From IMG/VR virus record IMGVR_UViG_3300042350_004528, positions 234,834 through 298,833 of that record: 64,000 bases of DNA. The stretch is one strand, 5' to 3'. The notes below the pieces were generated by a model. That model made no database searches. It was not told where the DNA came from and worked only from the letters and a program-made list of their open reading frames with translations. The position numbers and the translations under genes are program-made. Of this stretch, positions 1 through 9,751 are shown piece after piece. How positions within the stretch are numbered: the first letter of the stretch is position 1; each line of letters starts with the position of its first letter.

Positions 1-984
1 TTTATACTCACCAGGCGCATCGGATAATTGTTCTTCTCTACCACAAATAATATCAACTGGATCACCAGAGTCAGGACGAATTACTAACTTACCGTCACGA
101 GCCATGATAGCTTCTTTGTTTGCTGGTAAGTATTCAGTAATCAACTTCCACAAATCAAATGTGTCAGATACAATTGATAGGATTCCATTCGGAAAATCTA
201 CCAACCAATCGGCAATCATTTGTTGTTCACCAACAGTAAAGATTTTTGTTGTTGATACAGAGTGTTCAGATGCGTTAACCGAGTTAATGCACACTTCGTC
301 TTTTGGTTCATTATAGAAATAACGAGCCCCTGGAATACAGATGATTGTATCTGAACCACGGAACGATGTTGCATGTCCCATTCCACTAGTCAACATATCC
401 CATGGTGATAAACCACGTGCTGAAAAGTCATGACACATAAAAGGAATTAACCAAGCTGTTGATGGGTCGGTTTTCATAACCCACTCAACAACATTACGTT
501 TGTATTGCAATGCTATTGTTGCTGATGTGGATGGTTTCCAAGCCAACGAACTGATAATTGTTTCCAAATACAATGTCAACCACGCAAACCCATCGACAGT
601 ATTGATGAAAGTCATGTGTGGAACATTTGGGTTTGTTTCAATACCTTCAGGTAGTGCTTTAACACGAATAGGTAAGTAACCTAATCTGTGTAGTGCAACG
701 AAGTGTGATGCATCGTAATCCATTCCAAGATACAATGACATATCTTTTCCAAAGTTAACCGCAACTTCCTCGGGTAAACTGAAAAAGTTCTCTTGAAATT
801 CATCATGTAACCATTTAACAACCAATTGTTGTCCGAATGAAACGATTTTTGACACGCCTTTAGGTGCATACTTAACACTACGTGGAATCCATGTGCCGTA
901 CAAACGGGTGGTTCCAGGAGCTAACATTTTCTTGTGACCGATCTTATATCCGTCAGTGTAAAATAAACTTGTTGGTTTGAACAT
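1..984 (-). CDS. Nicotinamide phosphoribosyltransferase-like protein (NAMPT / NARP1 Namat-like), 3' end truncated by the window edge
   Basis: Hand translation from ATG at 984: MFKPTSLFYTDGYKIGH...HDFSARG...ASEHSV...SIVSDTFDLW...LVIRPDSGDPVDIICG; NAMPT motifs; frame open to position 1 (absent from ORF track). Confidence 0.9.
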   Translation of the reverse strand, partial: MFKPTSLFYTDGYKIGHKKMLAPGTTRLYGTWIPRSVKYAPKGVSKIVSFGQQLVVKWLHDEFQENFFSLPEEVAVNFGKDMSLYLGMDYDASHFVALHRLGYLPIRVKALPEGIETNPNVPHMTFINTVDGFAWLTLYLETIISSLAWKPSTSATIALQYKRNVVEWVMKTDPSTAWLIPFMCHDFSARGLSPWDMLTSGMGHATSFRGSDTIICIPGARYFYNEPKDEVCINSVNASEHSVSTTKIFTVGEQQMIADWLVDFPNGILSIVSDTFDLWKLITEYLPANKEAIMARDGKLVIRPDSGDPVDIICGREEQLSDAPGEYK

Positions 985-1003
985 AATAATTATTATTTTG
1001 GGG

Positions 1004-1975
1004 TTAAAATACGTTTAATTGTTTAACTAATGAGTGAATTGTTTTGTGCCTTGAAAGCGTGTCAACGATAGTTCCGTCTTGAACATCCTTCACACTATTT
1101 GTTGTGTAGATACCATCAAAATATTCACTTAGGAAATCAAACCCAGCGCTGAAGATGCCATGAGTAACTATCAAATAGTTTTTACCGTGGTGTTTTGGGT
1201 GAACAGTACTTGATATTTTTCTGGCATCATTGACAGCTTTAGCGATTTCAATGAATGTTCTACCACCATCGCAGATGTCATCAATAATGAAAATATCTTT
1301 GTCGGCATCGTTTACTGAAATTGGTACGTTAGTGTAATCAATCTTACCAGTTTCAATATTACGATGTTTTGATGCGATGATAACTTCATGTCTATATTTG
1401 AGTTGTTCAGCACAATGAAACACTTTTTTCAAAGCACCAGCATCGGGTGATACTAAACGTACACCATCGAAATTCATGGAGTCCCAAATTTCAAATCCTT
1501 TTGATAAAAAGTAATCTTTAAATGCGAAATAAAGTAAAACGGTATTGTCCCGTTTCTCAAAGTTATTGATGCATGCCTCAAGAACATCTGAGTGTGGGTC
1601 AAGGACTGTTACCTTTTCGTAACCCTGTGAGTTAATGATTGGTGCGATTACGTTCTTAACATAATTGATACCACCTTCCGTAAACTTACGGTCGCTTCTA
1701 GCACCCATACAATAAGGAATGTAAAGACGAATACGATTAACACCAACCTCTTTTAACGCTTGTGTTGCACAGATAATAATTTCCAAATCCTGGAATGTAT
1801 TTAAACGAGATTTGATTGTTATACCTTGCGAATTATCTTTAAGTGAACAAAAGGTATTGTATCCATTTTCAACCAATCTCAATGATTGTTGTCCATCGGG
1901 AAAACGACTAATCTCATATTTGAATGATAGCTTATCGTTATCGTTATGGTTAACTAAATTTAAAAGTTCCGCCAT
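1004..1975 (-). CDS. Ribose-phosphate pyrophosphokinase-like protein (PRS / NARP1 Adps-like)
   Basis: Motifs RFPDGQ, YIPYCMGARSDR, LDPHSD, VSPDAGA, IIDDICDGGRTF, VTHGIFS. Confidence 0.9.
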   Translation of the reverse strand: MAELLNLVNHNDNDKLSFKYEISRFPDGQQSLRLVENGYNTFCSLKDNSQGITIKSRLNTFQDLEIIICATQALKEVGVNRIRLYIPYCMGARSDRKFTEGGINYVKNVIAPIINSQGYEKVTVLDPHSDVLEACINNFEKRDNTVLLYFAFKDYFLSKGFEIWDSMNFDGVRLVSPDAGALKKVFHCAEQLKYRHEVIIASKHRNIETGKIDYTNVPISVNDADKDIFIIDDICDGGRTFIEIAKAVNDARKISSTVHPKHHGKNYLIVTHGIFSAGFDFLSEYFDGIYTTNSVKDVQDGTIVDTLSRHKTIHSLVKQLNVF

Positions 1976-2000
1976 TTTTTTATTTTCTTTAAATGTTGTA

Positions 2001-2008
2001 CAAAGATA
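2001..2008 (-). promoter_or_regulatory. Bacteroidota-type sigma-A -7 element TAnnTTTG (representative copy)
   Basis: TATCTTTG on the minus strand upstream of 1975. The motif recurs in intergenic gaps upstream of minus-strand genes, e.g. 5240-5247, 9383-9390, 28924-28931, 30975-30982, 40535-40542, 46195-46202, 46295-46302, 63870-63877. Confidence 0.8.
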
Positions 2009-2032
2009 AGTTAAAATTTTTAAACCACCAAA

Positions 2033-2542
2033 TTATTTAATTTTTCCAATGATATCCAACATTCTTTCGAGTTGTGGATTCTTGTGGGCTGTGGACTCAT
2101 TTAAATTTGAAGTGCCCTTGGAGATGTTAACTGGTGCTATGTTCGCACCGCTACTGAGTAAGTCTTGTAATTCACTATCCGATAATTTTTCAGCATCTAT
2201 TTCTACAAATGTACGTGGGTCATACCTTCTACCACGAAAAGATATTGGTCTATCGTAAGACTGTTGATATGCTGTACTTGCGAATGGCATCATGGACGTC
2301 CCATTATTACCAATAGTTTCAGATCTAACCATGGTTGTTGCCCCAGTTAAAATATCACCACTAGTGCCAGTTTTTTTACTTATGAACTCCTGTGACGCAG
2401 CGCTAGTTTGCTTTGGGTTATTGTTCTTTATTTTTATCGCAGATACAGTTTCGTGATTTATAGTTGCACTCGAACTCTTGGGTTCGCCAGTTTGATTTAT
2501 CAACTTGATAAATTTTGCAAGTAATCTAAAAAGAATATTCAT
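2033..2542 (-). CDS. Hypothetical protein
   Basis: 169-aa ORF, co-oriented. Confidence 0.6.
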   Translation of the reverse strand: MNILFRLLAKFIKLINQTGEPKSSSATINHETVSAIKIKNNNPKQTSAASQEFISKKTGTSGDILTGATTMVRSETIGNNGTSMMPFASTAYQQSYDRPISFRGRRYDPRTFVEIDAEKLSDSELQDLLSSGANIAPVNISKGTSNLNESTAHKNPQLERMLDIIGKIK

Positions 2543-2650
2543 TTAATCTCTATCAAAAAATGTTGTAAATACCGATAAAATAAAAATACAAACGACAATA
2601 CCAATAACTATTATCGCTGTGACTTGAGCTGCTGGGTGTAAACTTTCCAT
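2543..2650 (-). CDS. Small single-TM membrane protein (35 aa)
   Basis: Hand translation MESLHPAAQVTAIIVIGIVVCIFILSVFTTFFDRD*; fills the gap between neighbours. Confidence 0.55.
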   Translation of the reverse strand: MESLHPAAQVTAIIVIGIVVCIFILSVFTTFFDRD

Positions 2651-2662
2651 ATTATTAATTTT

Positions 2663-3217
2663 TTAATTATCAAACCAAACTATCATTCTAGAAACATAAC
2701 CATTTTCCTCAAAGGTTTTCATGGCCGATAGCAAAACCACATACTCAATAGGTGCACCAAAATCATACTCAGATGATGAGCAATATTTAGTGTAGCGATT
2801 GATTGCGGTTTCAAATTCTTTTGTGGTTAACCAAGTGTGTGAGTGCCAATCAGGATGTTCGACCCAACAAGGTTTATCATTTCTGTCCTTGATTATTTTA
2901 AGACGACCACTCTCAGCCCATCTCATCGCAGTTTCTAATGTAACGCTATTCTCAGATGGCGAATCACTTATGTAACAAACAGAATCGTTCCTCGAATAGT
3001 AACCAAGTTCCTCAAATGGTGGTAATCCTTTAGGTAATAATCCATTTTTATGATTGGATCTAACACCCTGTGAGATAAAGCCAAACATATCATAGTTTCT
3101 ACCTGGATTAATGGCACCAGCAAAATCACGCCAATATGCTGGTTTACCAGTTTTTTTAGCTTCTTTTAATTCTTCTTTTGTGGTGTACTCAAGGTACATA
3201 TGAATATCACATCCCAT
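2663..3217 (-). CDS. Conserved phage hypothetical protein (MGCDIH...HSHTWLT family)
   Basis: MGCDIH start, RNYDMFG, GLP, HSHTWLT, C-terminal VWFDN; pattern typical of phage proteins. Confidence 0.7.
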   Translation of the reverse strand: MGCDIHMYLEYTTKEELKEAKKTGKPAYWRDFAGAINPGRNYDMFGFISQGVRSNHKNGLLPKGLPPFEELGYYSRNDSVCYISDSPSENSVTLETAMRWAESGRLKIIKDRNDKPCWVEHPDWHSHTWLTTKEFETAINRYTKYCSSSEYDFGAPIEYVVLLSAMKTFEENGYVSRMIVWFDN

Positions 3218-3232
3218 ATTATTTTCTATTAG

Positions 3233-3306
3233 TGGGCCCTGCTGGGTTCGAACCAGCGACCACCTGATTATGAGTCAGACGCTCTAACCGACTGAGCTAA
3301 GGGCCC
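3233..3306 (-). tRNA. tRNA CAT, Ile2-like (lysidine type)
   Basis: GGGCCCT acceptor, TCTGA-CTCATAA-TCAGG anticodon arm, body resembles bacterial ileX; no encoded CCA. Confidence 0.85.
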
Positions 3307-3336
3307 TAATTTTATACAAAGATAGTAATTAATTTT

Positions 3337-3840
3337 TTATTTTCCAAATCCAGTATCGGTAAAAAATCTGAGCGTCTCGGCCATAAATGTATTTGTATCA
3401 AAATTTGGGTCGAATGTTAAATTATCATCCACAATAATATTATCATCCTCATCAACTTTATATTGGTACATTTCAAAACTGTTTGGGGTAGTTTTTATAG
3501 GATCAACTTTAATAATATCACCCTCAAATTGAACCCCACATAGTTCACAAAAATGTACAACTTTATAACTATTCGTATCAGGCATTGGGATTAGAATGTC
3601 TTTATGTGTTAAACTCATCGCCTTTGAACCATCTTCATTTGTGTGATTGCAACTCAATTTTATCTCATAAATTTGTTTTTCATACGAAGTTATGTGATTA
3701 TTTTTCGATTCGATTAAAATATCAACTTTTTTCTTGAGCTCTCGTTCAATGGAGTTTAGATCTCGAGTAACCTTTTCTTTATTAATCTCAAGTTCGATTA
3801 TTTTTTTACGGCCCTCTATAAACGGATTCTTTGATTCCAT
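3337..3840 (-). CDS. Hypothetical protein (coiled coil + CxH...CxxC)
   Basis: 167-aa ORF. Confidence 0.6.
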   Translation of the reverse strand: MESKNPFIEGRKKIIELEINKEKVTRDLNSIERELKKKVDILIESKNNHITSYEKQIYEIKLSCNHTNEDGSKAMSLTHKDILIPMPDTNSYKVVHFCELCGVQFEGDIIKVDPIKTTPNSFEMYQYKVDEDDNIIVDDNLTFDPNFDTNTFMAETLRFFTDTGFGK

Positions 3841-3845
3841 AAAGA

Positions 3846-4280
3846 TTAACCATTTGTATTTTTTAATTCTAATTCATAATATTTTACCATCAGAGATGCG
3901 CTGGCATAATTGGTGGCAAGTGGTATGTTATGTACATTACATATCCTCAAAAGCATGCTCACATCCACCTGATGTGGGTGGGCTTCAAGTGGGTCGATGA
4001 AAAAAACAACACCGTCAATTTTACCGTTAACAATCATAGATGCTATCTCCGCATCACCACCGTAAGGCCCAGAGTTTAACTTGGTTACATTCGTCAAACC
4101 AGCGTGTTCAACGTGTTTACCTGTGGTTCCAGTAGCATATATGTTTACGTTGTTTTTAAAGAAATCGAGACGTTTCATAATGAATGAGACCATATCCGCT
4201 TTCTTACCATCATGTGCGATAATAGCAACATTAAGTTTTTTCCGATTCTCTTTGTCAGCTAAAAATTTATTCAACAACAT
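3846..4280 (-). CDS. mgsA: Methylglyoxal synthase
   Basis: IAHDGKK, ATGTTG, SGPYGGD, FFIDPL, HPHQVDV, PLATN motifs. Confidence 0.95.
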   Translation of the reverse strand: MLLNKFLADKENRKKLNVAIIAHDGKKADMVSFIMKRLDFFKNNVNIYATGTTGKHVEHAGLTNVTKLNSGPYGGDAEIASMIVNGKIDGVVFFIDPLEAHPHQVDVSMLLRICNVHNIPLATNYASASLMVKYYELELKNTNG

Positions 4281-4282
4281 AA

Positions 4283-4804
4283 TTAAAATTTAATTCTAAG
4301 ACCCATTTTTTGCATAGCCAATAATGCCTCGGCGTTACCCATAGCATCATCAACGGGATTGTGAGTATGTTTTGTTTTTCTATACAAACGTTTCCACTCC
4401 TGGTTCTTACTAGCATCCTTAACCAAACCACAATACAAATCACCGATACGTCTGCCAGAAAACCCGAATGGGTTTCTACCGCAGTACTTATGCATGTACC
4501 AGTTAATCCACTGCCAATCAAAGGCTAAGTTATCGCTGATAAAGGTTGGTTTACCTTCGGAATTTTTAACTAACCATTTTTCGAACTCGCTCATAACCTC
4601 ATATGGTTCCCCAAACTGTTCATGCTCAGACCTTGAAAACCCACTGACAGCTAACGCATCTGGTTTGTATTGATCAGTTAATGGTCTGATCTTACCATAA
4701 AACGTTTTTGATGTGTCGGACACTTTAACAACACCGAAACATACAATTGAATGTGTACCAACTAATTCACCATCAGCCTCAACATCCACTACAAAATAAC
4801 TCAT
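4283..4804 (-). CDS. DEDDh 3'-5' exonuclease (RNase AS/Rv2179c-like)
   Basis: VDVEADG, SDNLAFDW, HTHNPVDDA. Confidence 0.8.
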   Translation of the reverse strand: MSYFVVDVEADGELVGTHSIVCFGVVKVSDTSKTFYGKIRPLTDQYKPDALAVSGFSRSEHEQFGEPYEVMSEFEKWLVKNSEGKPTFISDNLAFDWQWINWYMHKYCGRNPFGFSGRRIGDLYCGLVKDASKNQEWKRLYRKTKHTHNPVDDAMGNAEALLAMQKMGLRIKF

Positions 4805-5235
4805 ATCTTTACTAATTTTTTAATTTCTCTGTCAATATCGCGCTTTTTAATTGTCTCGCGTTTATCGTAATTCTTTTTACCCCTAGCAATAGCGATTCTA
4901 CATTTTATCTTACCAGAACCATTCAAGTAAAACCAAAACGGAACGATTGTTAAACCTTTTGTCAAACTGTTCTGAATCTTTCGGATTTCTGTTCTGTGTA
5001 AAAGTAATTTTTTATCACGATTCTCATCATGACCAAAAAATTCGCTATTTGTGGTTATTTTAAAATTTTTGATGAACATTTCGTCATCCTTGATATAGCA
5101 AAACGCATCAACTATGCTAATTTTACCATCCTTAATTGCTTTAACTTCAGAGCCAAAAAGAATAATACCAGCCTCATACTCTTGAAGGTATTCATAATCA
5201 AATTTTGCTTTTCTATTTGTAACTAAAGTTTTCAC
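4801..5235 (-). CDS. smpB: SsrA-binding protein SmpB
   Basis: NRKAKFDY, EAGIILFGSEVK, RDKKLLLH, GKKNYDKRETIKKRD. Confidence 0.95.
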   Translation of the reverse strand: MKTLVTNRKAKFDYEYLQEYEAGIILFGSEVKAIKDGKISIVDAFCYIKDDEMFIKNFKITTNSEFFGHDENRDKKLLLHRTEIRKIQNSLTKGLTIVPFWFYLNGSGKIKCRIAIARGKKNYDKRETIKKRDIDREIKKLVKI

Positions 5236-5321
5236 AATACAAATATAGTAAATGATTTGAATAAAAACAAAAAAACCCCGTAATTTTTTACGGGGTTTAG
5301 TTTATTCGATGATACGCTCGA

Positions 5322-5957
5322 TTAAAAGTAAGTTTGTTCGAAATACAATACTTCAAATTTGTTCTCTTCGTTAATTAATTCAATTGCATTAATTAAATCA
5401 TTATATTCAACGACAGATTCTTTTTGACCAGTTCTATAAGTTTGTAAGAAATCAAATGTAGTTAAGTCATTCCCGAATAGTTTTGAAGATGTTGTGTTGT
5501 ACTTCATCATCAAACCTAACTCTAACTTATAAGCTTCTCTAACTATCTCACATAATCCAGAGAAAGTTCTCTTAGTATCAACTGATGGTATAGTTGGGAT
5601 AATATTAAATCCAACCATATACTCTTGTAACCCTTTAGCGTGTACTAATTCGGTATCAGCCTCAGCGTCAAAGAAAGCGCCAGCTTTTTTATAGTTTCTA
5701 TCGTGACACCAGTTAGCGGCGTTTCTATAAAAATAATGGGCTTCATATTCATCGGCAATTCTACTAGTCAATTCAGCGACAGTTTCGCCAGGTAAGTTAT
5801 ACAACATTTGGCCCTCATCTTCCATCGGTTCAACGGAAACAGCAACGGGGGTGACATCTTCAGCATCTGGTGTCATTGTAACCTCAGCCTCAGGTAATTT
5901 ATTATCCCTTGCAATGTTCATAATCTTACTTTTCATTTCTTCTTTTGTAACATTCAT
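5322..5957 (-). CDS. ftnA: Ferritin with acidic N-terminal extension
   Basis: EYEAHYFY, FFDAEADTELVHA, EAYKLE, Q...E ferroxidase-type pattern. Confidence 0.8.
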   Translation of the reverse strand: MNVTKEEMKSKIMNIARDNKLPEAEVTMTPDAEDVTPVAVSVEPMEDEGQMLYNLPGETVAELTSRIADEYEAHYFYRNAANWCHDRNYKKAGAFFDAEADTELVHAKGLQEYMVGFNIIPTIPSVDTKRTFSGLCEIVREAYKLELGLMMKYNTTSSKLFGNDLTTFDFLQTYRTGQKESVVEYNDLINAIELINEENKFEVLYFEQTYF

Positions 5958-6002
5958 GATTAAATCTTTTACATAAATAGTTTGATTTTATAATAAATCC
6001 CC

Positions 6003-6770
6003 TTACAAATCATTAAATAACTTGATCATATCCGAGATATCAACAACACCCTTTTTCTGAATCACATGAGTTGCACATTCGTTTGCAAAGAAAATGCTAG
6101 TCTCAACATGCCTTGTTTTAATTAACGCAGCGGTGAACGCGGCGATAAAAGTATCACCAGCCCCAGCCACATCCCTAACATCAACCTTTTTTGTTGGATA
6201 GTTATTGCCATTAAGGTCACAACCATCACCACCTTTAGTGATTAATAATTTATTACTTATCTTATTGATAACGTTATTATTATGCGCTGGGTTCTTACTT
6301 TCTGAATGATTAACTTTGATATATGTTGCATTAGTTATCCACGACCCGAAAGGTTTCTTAGTGTCAACTGTCGATATGTTGCTATTCGCTATGATATACT
6401 CAATCATCTCTGTCGTTAAAAATCCCTTGTCGTAATCGGATATAATAACAGCATCATAGTTAGCAAACTCAACGCTTGATATTTTACTGAAAACCAGCGG
6501 TTCAACAACATCACCATCATCAACTCTCAATAAAATGTAATTGGATTTCTCATCTACATAACGAGTCTTAACCATGTTTGTTTCTTGGTAAATAAAATCA
6601 ACATCAATACCCAATGATTTTAAATTAGCAACAACATTACCAGCCATACCTGGATTAGTTTTGGTATCGATTGGTTTAAATACTGGTGTGGGGGCTTCTG
6701 GGTTTAACCTGGAACACTCTCCATAGATAAATTTATCTATACAAATTTCACCGATAACTAAAATTTTCAT
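6003..6770 (-). CDS. PfkB-family kinase, RfaE/HldE-like heptose-7-phosphate kinase domain
   Basis: RLNPEAPTPV, GMAGNV, ISDYDKG, DVAGAGDTF; start placed at MKILV. Confidence 0.85.
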   Translation of the reverse strand: MKILVIGEICIDKFIYGECSRLNPEAPTPVFKPIDTKTNPGMAGNVVANLKSLGIDVDFIYQETNMVKTRYVDEKSNYILLRVDDGDVVEPLVFSKISSVEFANYDAVIISDYDKGFLTTEMIEYIIANSNISTVDTKKPFGSWITNATYIKVNHSESKNPAHNNNVINKISNKLLITKGGDGCDLNGNNYPTKKVDVRDVAGAGDTFIAAFTAALIKTRHVETSIFFANECATHVIQKKGVVDISDMIKLFNDL

Positions 6771-6952
6771 ATTAAATAACAAAATTGCGATTCTTTTTCT
6801 GAAGACCTAACCTGATGAATTATACCTCGGTCTGTCCTCACAACTAATTTATTTTCTTTTGGTAGCACTTCTAAAACTACACCTGTTTTATGTTCACCGA
6901 GGAACGAGAAATTAACTGGATCCCCAACTTTATAGTCCGAAATCTTTTTCAT
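6767..6952 (-). CDS. Small SH3/KOW-like hypothetical protein
   Basis: YKVGDPV...GVV pattern, 61 aa. Confidence 0.5.
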   Translation of the reverse strand: MKKISDYKVGDPVNFSFLGEHKTGVVLEVLPKENKLVVRTDRGIIHQVRSSEKESQFCYLI

Positions 6953-7597
6953 TTAATCCCACCAACCTCTAATGTCTCTGTTTAATAACTTGAACAAAAT
7001 ATCCTGAGCCCTTTTTTCGTTGTAGTGACTAAGATTCATCGCCAATCTTCTTTTATATTCATCTTTGGTTAATTCAAAAATTTGATGTTTTTTATTGGCC
7101 AAAACTTTCCTAACAGCAGCTTTATGTTGATTAAAATACTCGTCATATCTCTCAGAGACCTCAACAATTTCTAGTTCCTTGTAATCAGGTTTATCATCCA
7201 TATCCAACCAATTGTAATTTGATTCGTGATAATCCATGTATTCCATTGAATAATATTCTTCTTGAATTTTATCAATAAGCCTAACACATAACATCATTCT
7301 TTGAGCATCGTATTTGGCTGATGTATGGATATCCCTATCACCAATATATTTGGATTGATTTTTAAGTTTAAACTTTAATATCTCCCAGATAAAATGATCA
7401 TCCCAATCCCTATCTTTCCAGATAACTGGGAACCATCTGACTAAATTTTTAATGTTACGCGAAAATTCCCTGAATCTCCACCCCAGGTTTTTCCAATAAT
7501 AATCGTAAGTTTTATCCCATAAAACTTTTAATTTATTGGGTTCCTTAACATTTTCATCAGTATCAAAATCAATATTTAGTTTATGGCTATTTCTCAT
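6953..7597 (-). CDS. Conserved phage hypothetical protein
   Basis: WFPVIWKDRDWD and C-terminal GWWD motifs. Confidence 0.7.
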   Translation of the reverse strand: MRNSHKLNIDFDTDENVKEPNKLKVLWDKTYDYYWKNLGWRFREFSRNIKNLVRWFPVIWKDRDWDDHFIWEILKFKLKNQSKYIGDRDIHTSAKYDAQRMMLCVRLIDKIQEEYYSMEYMDYHESNYNWLDMDDKPDYKELEIVEVSERYDEYFNQHKAAVRKVLANKKHQIFELTKDEYKRRLAMNLSHYNEKRAQDILFKLLNRDIRGWWD

Positions 7598-7978
7598 TCA
7601 GTTAAATAATTTAAGTTTTGTGTGTTTAAATGTTTTCTTTGTGTAAATACTTACTCGGCGTTTAAAACAACGGAATCTAATTTTCAACTCATCAATACCA
7701 TCAACACCAGCACAAACTGTTTTGTGAAACTTTAGTAGTTCTCTGATCATTTGTGGCCTCTTCTTAGCTGACTTTAAAAAGACATCGTTAAACTTACCAA
7801 AGTGCTTAATTTCGTACTTGCAACCATCAAAGTCAGCCACATTGTATGTGATGGAAAATTGATGGTCTGTGACCATAATTGATGTGGTGTCAGGTACATT
7901 TGACGTAATCCAAACGGTTAACCCATCTTCCGTATGAAAGATAGATTTGGAAACTTTTTGATTTACATTACTTTCCAT
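7598..7978 (-). CDS. Hypothetical protein
   Basis: 126-aa ORF. Confidence 0.55.
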   Translation of the reverse strand: MESNVNQKVSKSIFHTEDGLTVWITSNVPDTTSIMVTDHQFSITYNVADFDGCKYEIKHFGKFNDVFLKSAKKRPQMIRELLKFHKTVCAGVDGIDELKIRFRCFKRRVSIYTKKTFKHTKLKLFN

Positions 7979-7986
7979 TTTTATAT

Positions 7987-8595
7987 TTATATTAGATGTT
8001 TCAATATTTTTTCTTTAATACCAGATTGTTTTATACCCTCGAAATCTCTAGGCGTCCAGACAAAATTTTCTAAACCCCAATCGCGATCAAATGGGCCATA
8101 TGAACTATTCTCAACATGTATACCCATGTGTAAATCATCAACAGCGACCCAATGAGTAACTTCTGGATGATCTCTTAACCAACGAAGGATTTCAAAATGT
8201 CTTTCTTGCTCCCTATCAGAGGTTCGAGTCCACGGAAAATCGTTATGGTCAGGGACAAACCCTTCCTCTAACCAATTTGTAAAATGAAACACCTCTGTTC
8301 CATCAATTGGTCTTTTAATAATACCTTTAGATTCATAGTAGTCACCTAATTCTTCAATTGTCGCGTGTAATCGCCAATCGGAACTAACAACAATTTCAGC
8401 GCCAGTTTCTTCAAGTATTTCATTGAGCACTTTAACAGCTTTATCGTCAAAATTATCGAACCTATATTCAACAGGAATCTCTTTCGAGGTCATGGACAAC
8501 TTTCTACCACCCCACTTTTCTTGTTTTTTGTATCGACTACCCCAATTGTTTGACAAACAAATGACCCCGTCATTATCTAAAAATATAACTTTCAT
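7987..8595 (-). CDS. HAD domain protein, Swiss-Army-Knife RNA repair type (HAD_SAK_2-like)
   Basis: FLDNDGV, IVVSSDWR, WVAVDD. Confidence 0.8.
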   Translation of the reverse strand: MKVIFLDNDGVICLSNNWGSRYKKQEKWGGRKLSMTSKEIPVEYRFDNFDDKAVKVLNEILEETGAEIVVSSDWRLHATIEELGDYYESKGIIKRPIDGTEVFHFTNWLEEGFVPDHNDFPWTRTSDREQERHFEILRWLRDHPEVTHWVAVDDLHMGIHVENSSYGPFDRDWGLENFVWTPRDFEGIKQSGIKEKILKHLI

Positions 8596-8596
8596 C

Positions 8597-9169
8597 TTAA
8601 TAATTTAAATCAATGATATCTTTTTCCAACATTGCTTTTGCAATTTCATAGTAATGTTGGTTAAACCCATCTTTATTTCTTGGTGATGGTAATACATGCA
8701 CAAAATGATTACGTTGCCCGTAAAGCATATCAGAATCATCATCTATGATGATATAGTTTTCAACACCAGACTTATCCATGTACTCTTGCTGTACAACTTC
8801 ATCCCAATTAATATGGTGGAATTGTAGATCGTTATTTAGGTAATACTCTATCTCCATTCCTCGCGGAATTGAATAACCTTTGGCTCTCATACTAGGCGTG
8901 ATGCCAATGATTTTACCTGCCATCTCTTCCATCTCCCAAACCTTTCTCATAAAGTCTATACCACCGTGTCTCCAGGTTGAACTAACGACAATTTCGGCGC
9001 CAGTTTCAAGAATTAATTTGTTCATTAACTCTTTACTCCAAGAGCAAAATGTTTGATAATGATCTTTGCGGCCATCTTCCCAAACCCATTCTTTGTATTG
9101 ACACTCACCACTTCGATAAGCATTCTCGCAGTTCAACACACCGTCTATGTCAAGGAATATTACTTTCAT
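8597..9169 (-). CDS. HAD domain protein (HAD_SAK_2-like), tandem paralog
   Basis: FLDIDGVLN, IVVSSTWR, RGMEI, YIIIDDDSDML. Confidence 0.85.
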   Translation of the reverse strand: MKVIFLDIDGVLNCENAYRSGECQYKEWVWEDGRKDHYQTFCSWSKELMNKLILETGAEIVVSSTWRHGGIDFMRKVWEMEEMAGKIIGITPSMRAKGYSIPRGMEIEYYLNNDLQFHHINWDEVVQQEYMDKSGVENYIIIDDDSDMLYGQRNHFVHVLPSPRNKDGFNQHYYEIAKAMLEKDIIDLNY

Positions 9170-9378
9170 TTTTTATCATTTGATGAGAGTGAAGAATAAC
9201 CGAGCAAACCAATTAATACTTTGATACCAAGAGCTTGCCAAAACCCAATCTTTACTAAGATAGTGGGCATAGCTGGAACCAAACAAAAGTTCCATAACCA
9301 CATTATAGGTAACGCCAAGATAACCGCTAAAAGAAGCAGTAATCCGATCACAATCAAGAACGCTAATAATTTTTCCAT
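9166..9378 (-). CDS. Small membrane protein
   Basis: Two hydrophobic segments, MWLWN...IGFWQALG. Confidence 0.65.
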   Translation of the reverse strand: MEKLLAFLIVIGLLLLLAVILALPIMWLWNFCLVPAMPTILVKIGFWQALGIKVLIGLLGYSSLSSNDKK

Positions 9379-9421
9379 GTTACAAATATAATATTTTTTT
9401 ATTTAACAACAAAATTTATTT

Positions 9422-9751
9422 TTATTTTATAGTTACTTTTATGCTAACACCAATCGTATCTATTTGATAATCCGAATATATCTTGATTGTTTTTTCATTA
9501 TCTTCGTAGGTACCAGCATCACCATTAAAAAACAAAATAAACTTTTCACCAAAATAAACCTCGTTAGATTTATAATTTGTATCTTTATTGATTATCTCGT
9601 ACTTATATTCTAGTTTGTCTTTTTTATGATGGTTGTATAATAAAAAAGAAAATCCTATCAATATATGCACTGATAGGAACACACTTAAAATGAGTTTAAA
9701 ATTTTCTTTGAAAAATTCTAAGATTCGATTAGTTTTCGTCTCCTGGTTCAT
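9422..9751 (-). CDS. Hypothetical membrane-anchored protein
   Basis: N-terminal TM segment. Confidence 0.55.
   Translation of the reverse strand: MNQETKTNRILEFFKENFKLILSVFLSVHILIGFSFLLYNHHKKDKLEYKYEIINKDTNYKSNEVYFGEKFILFFNGDAGTYEDNEKTIKIYSDYQIDTIGVSIKVTIK

Noticed and set aside
104-878. Short ORFs 104-316 (+) and 681-878 (-)
   Set aside because: Inside the longer NAMPT-like frame 1-984.
4267-4521. 84-aa minus-strand ORF
   Set aside because: Alternate frame inside the DEDDh exonuclease gene.
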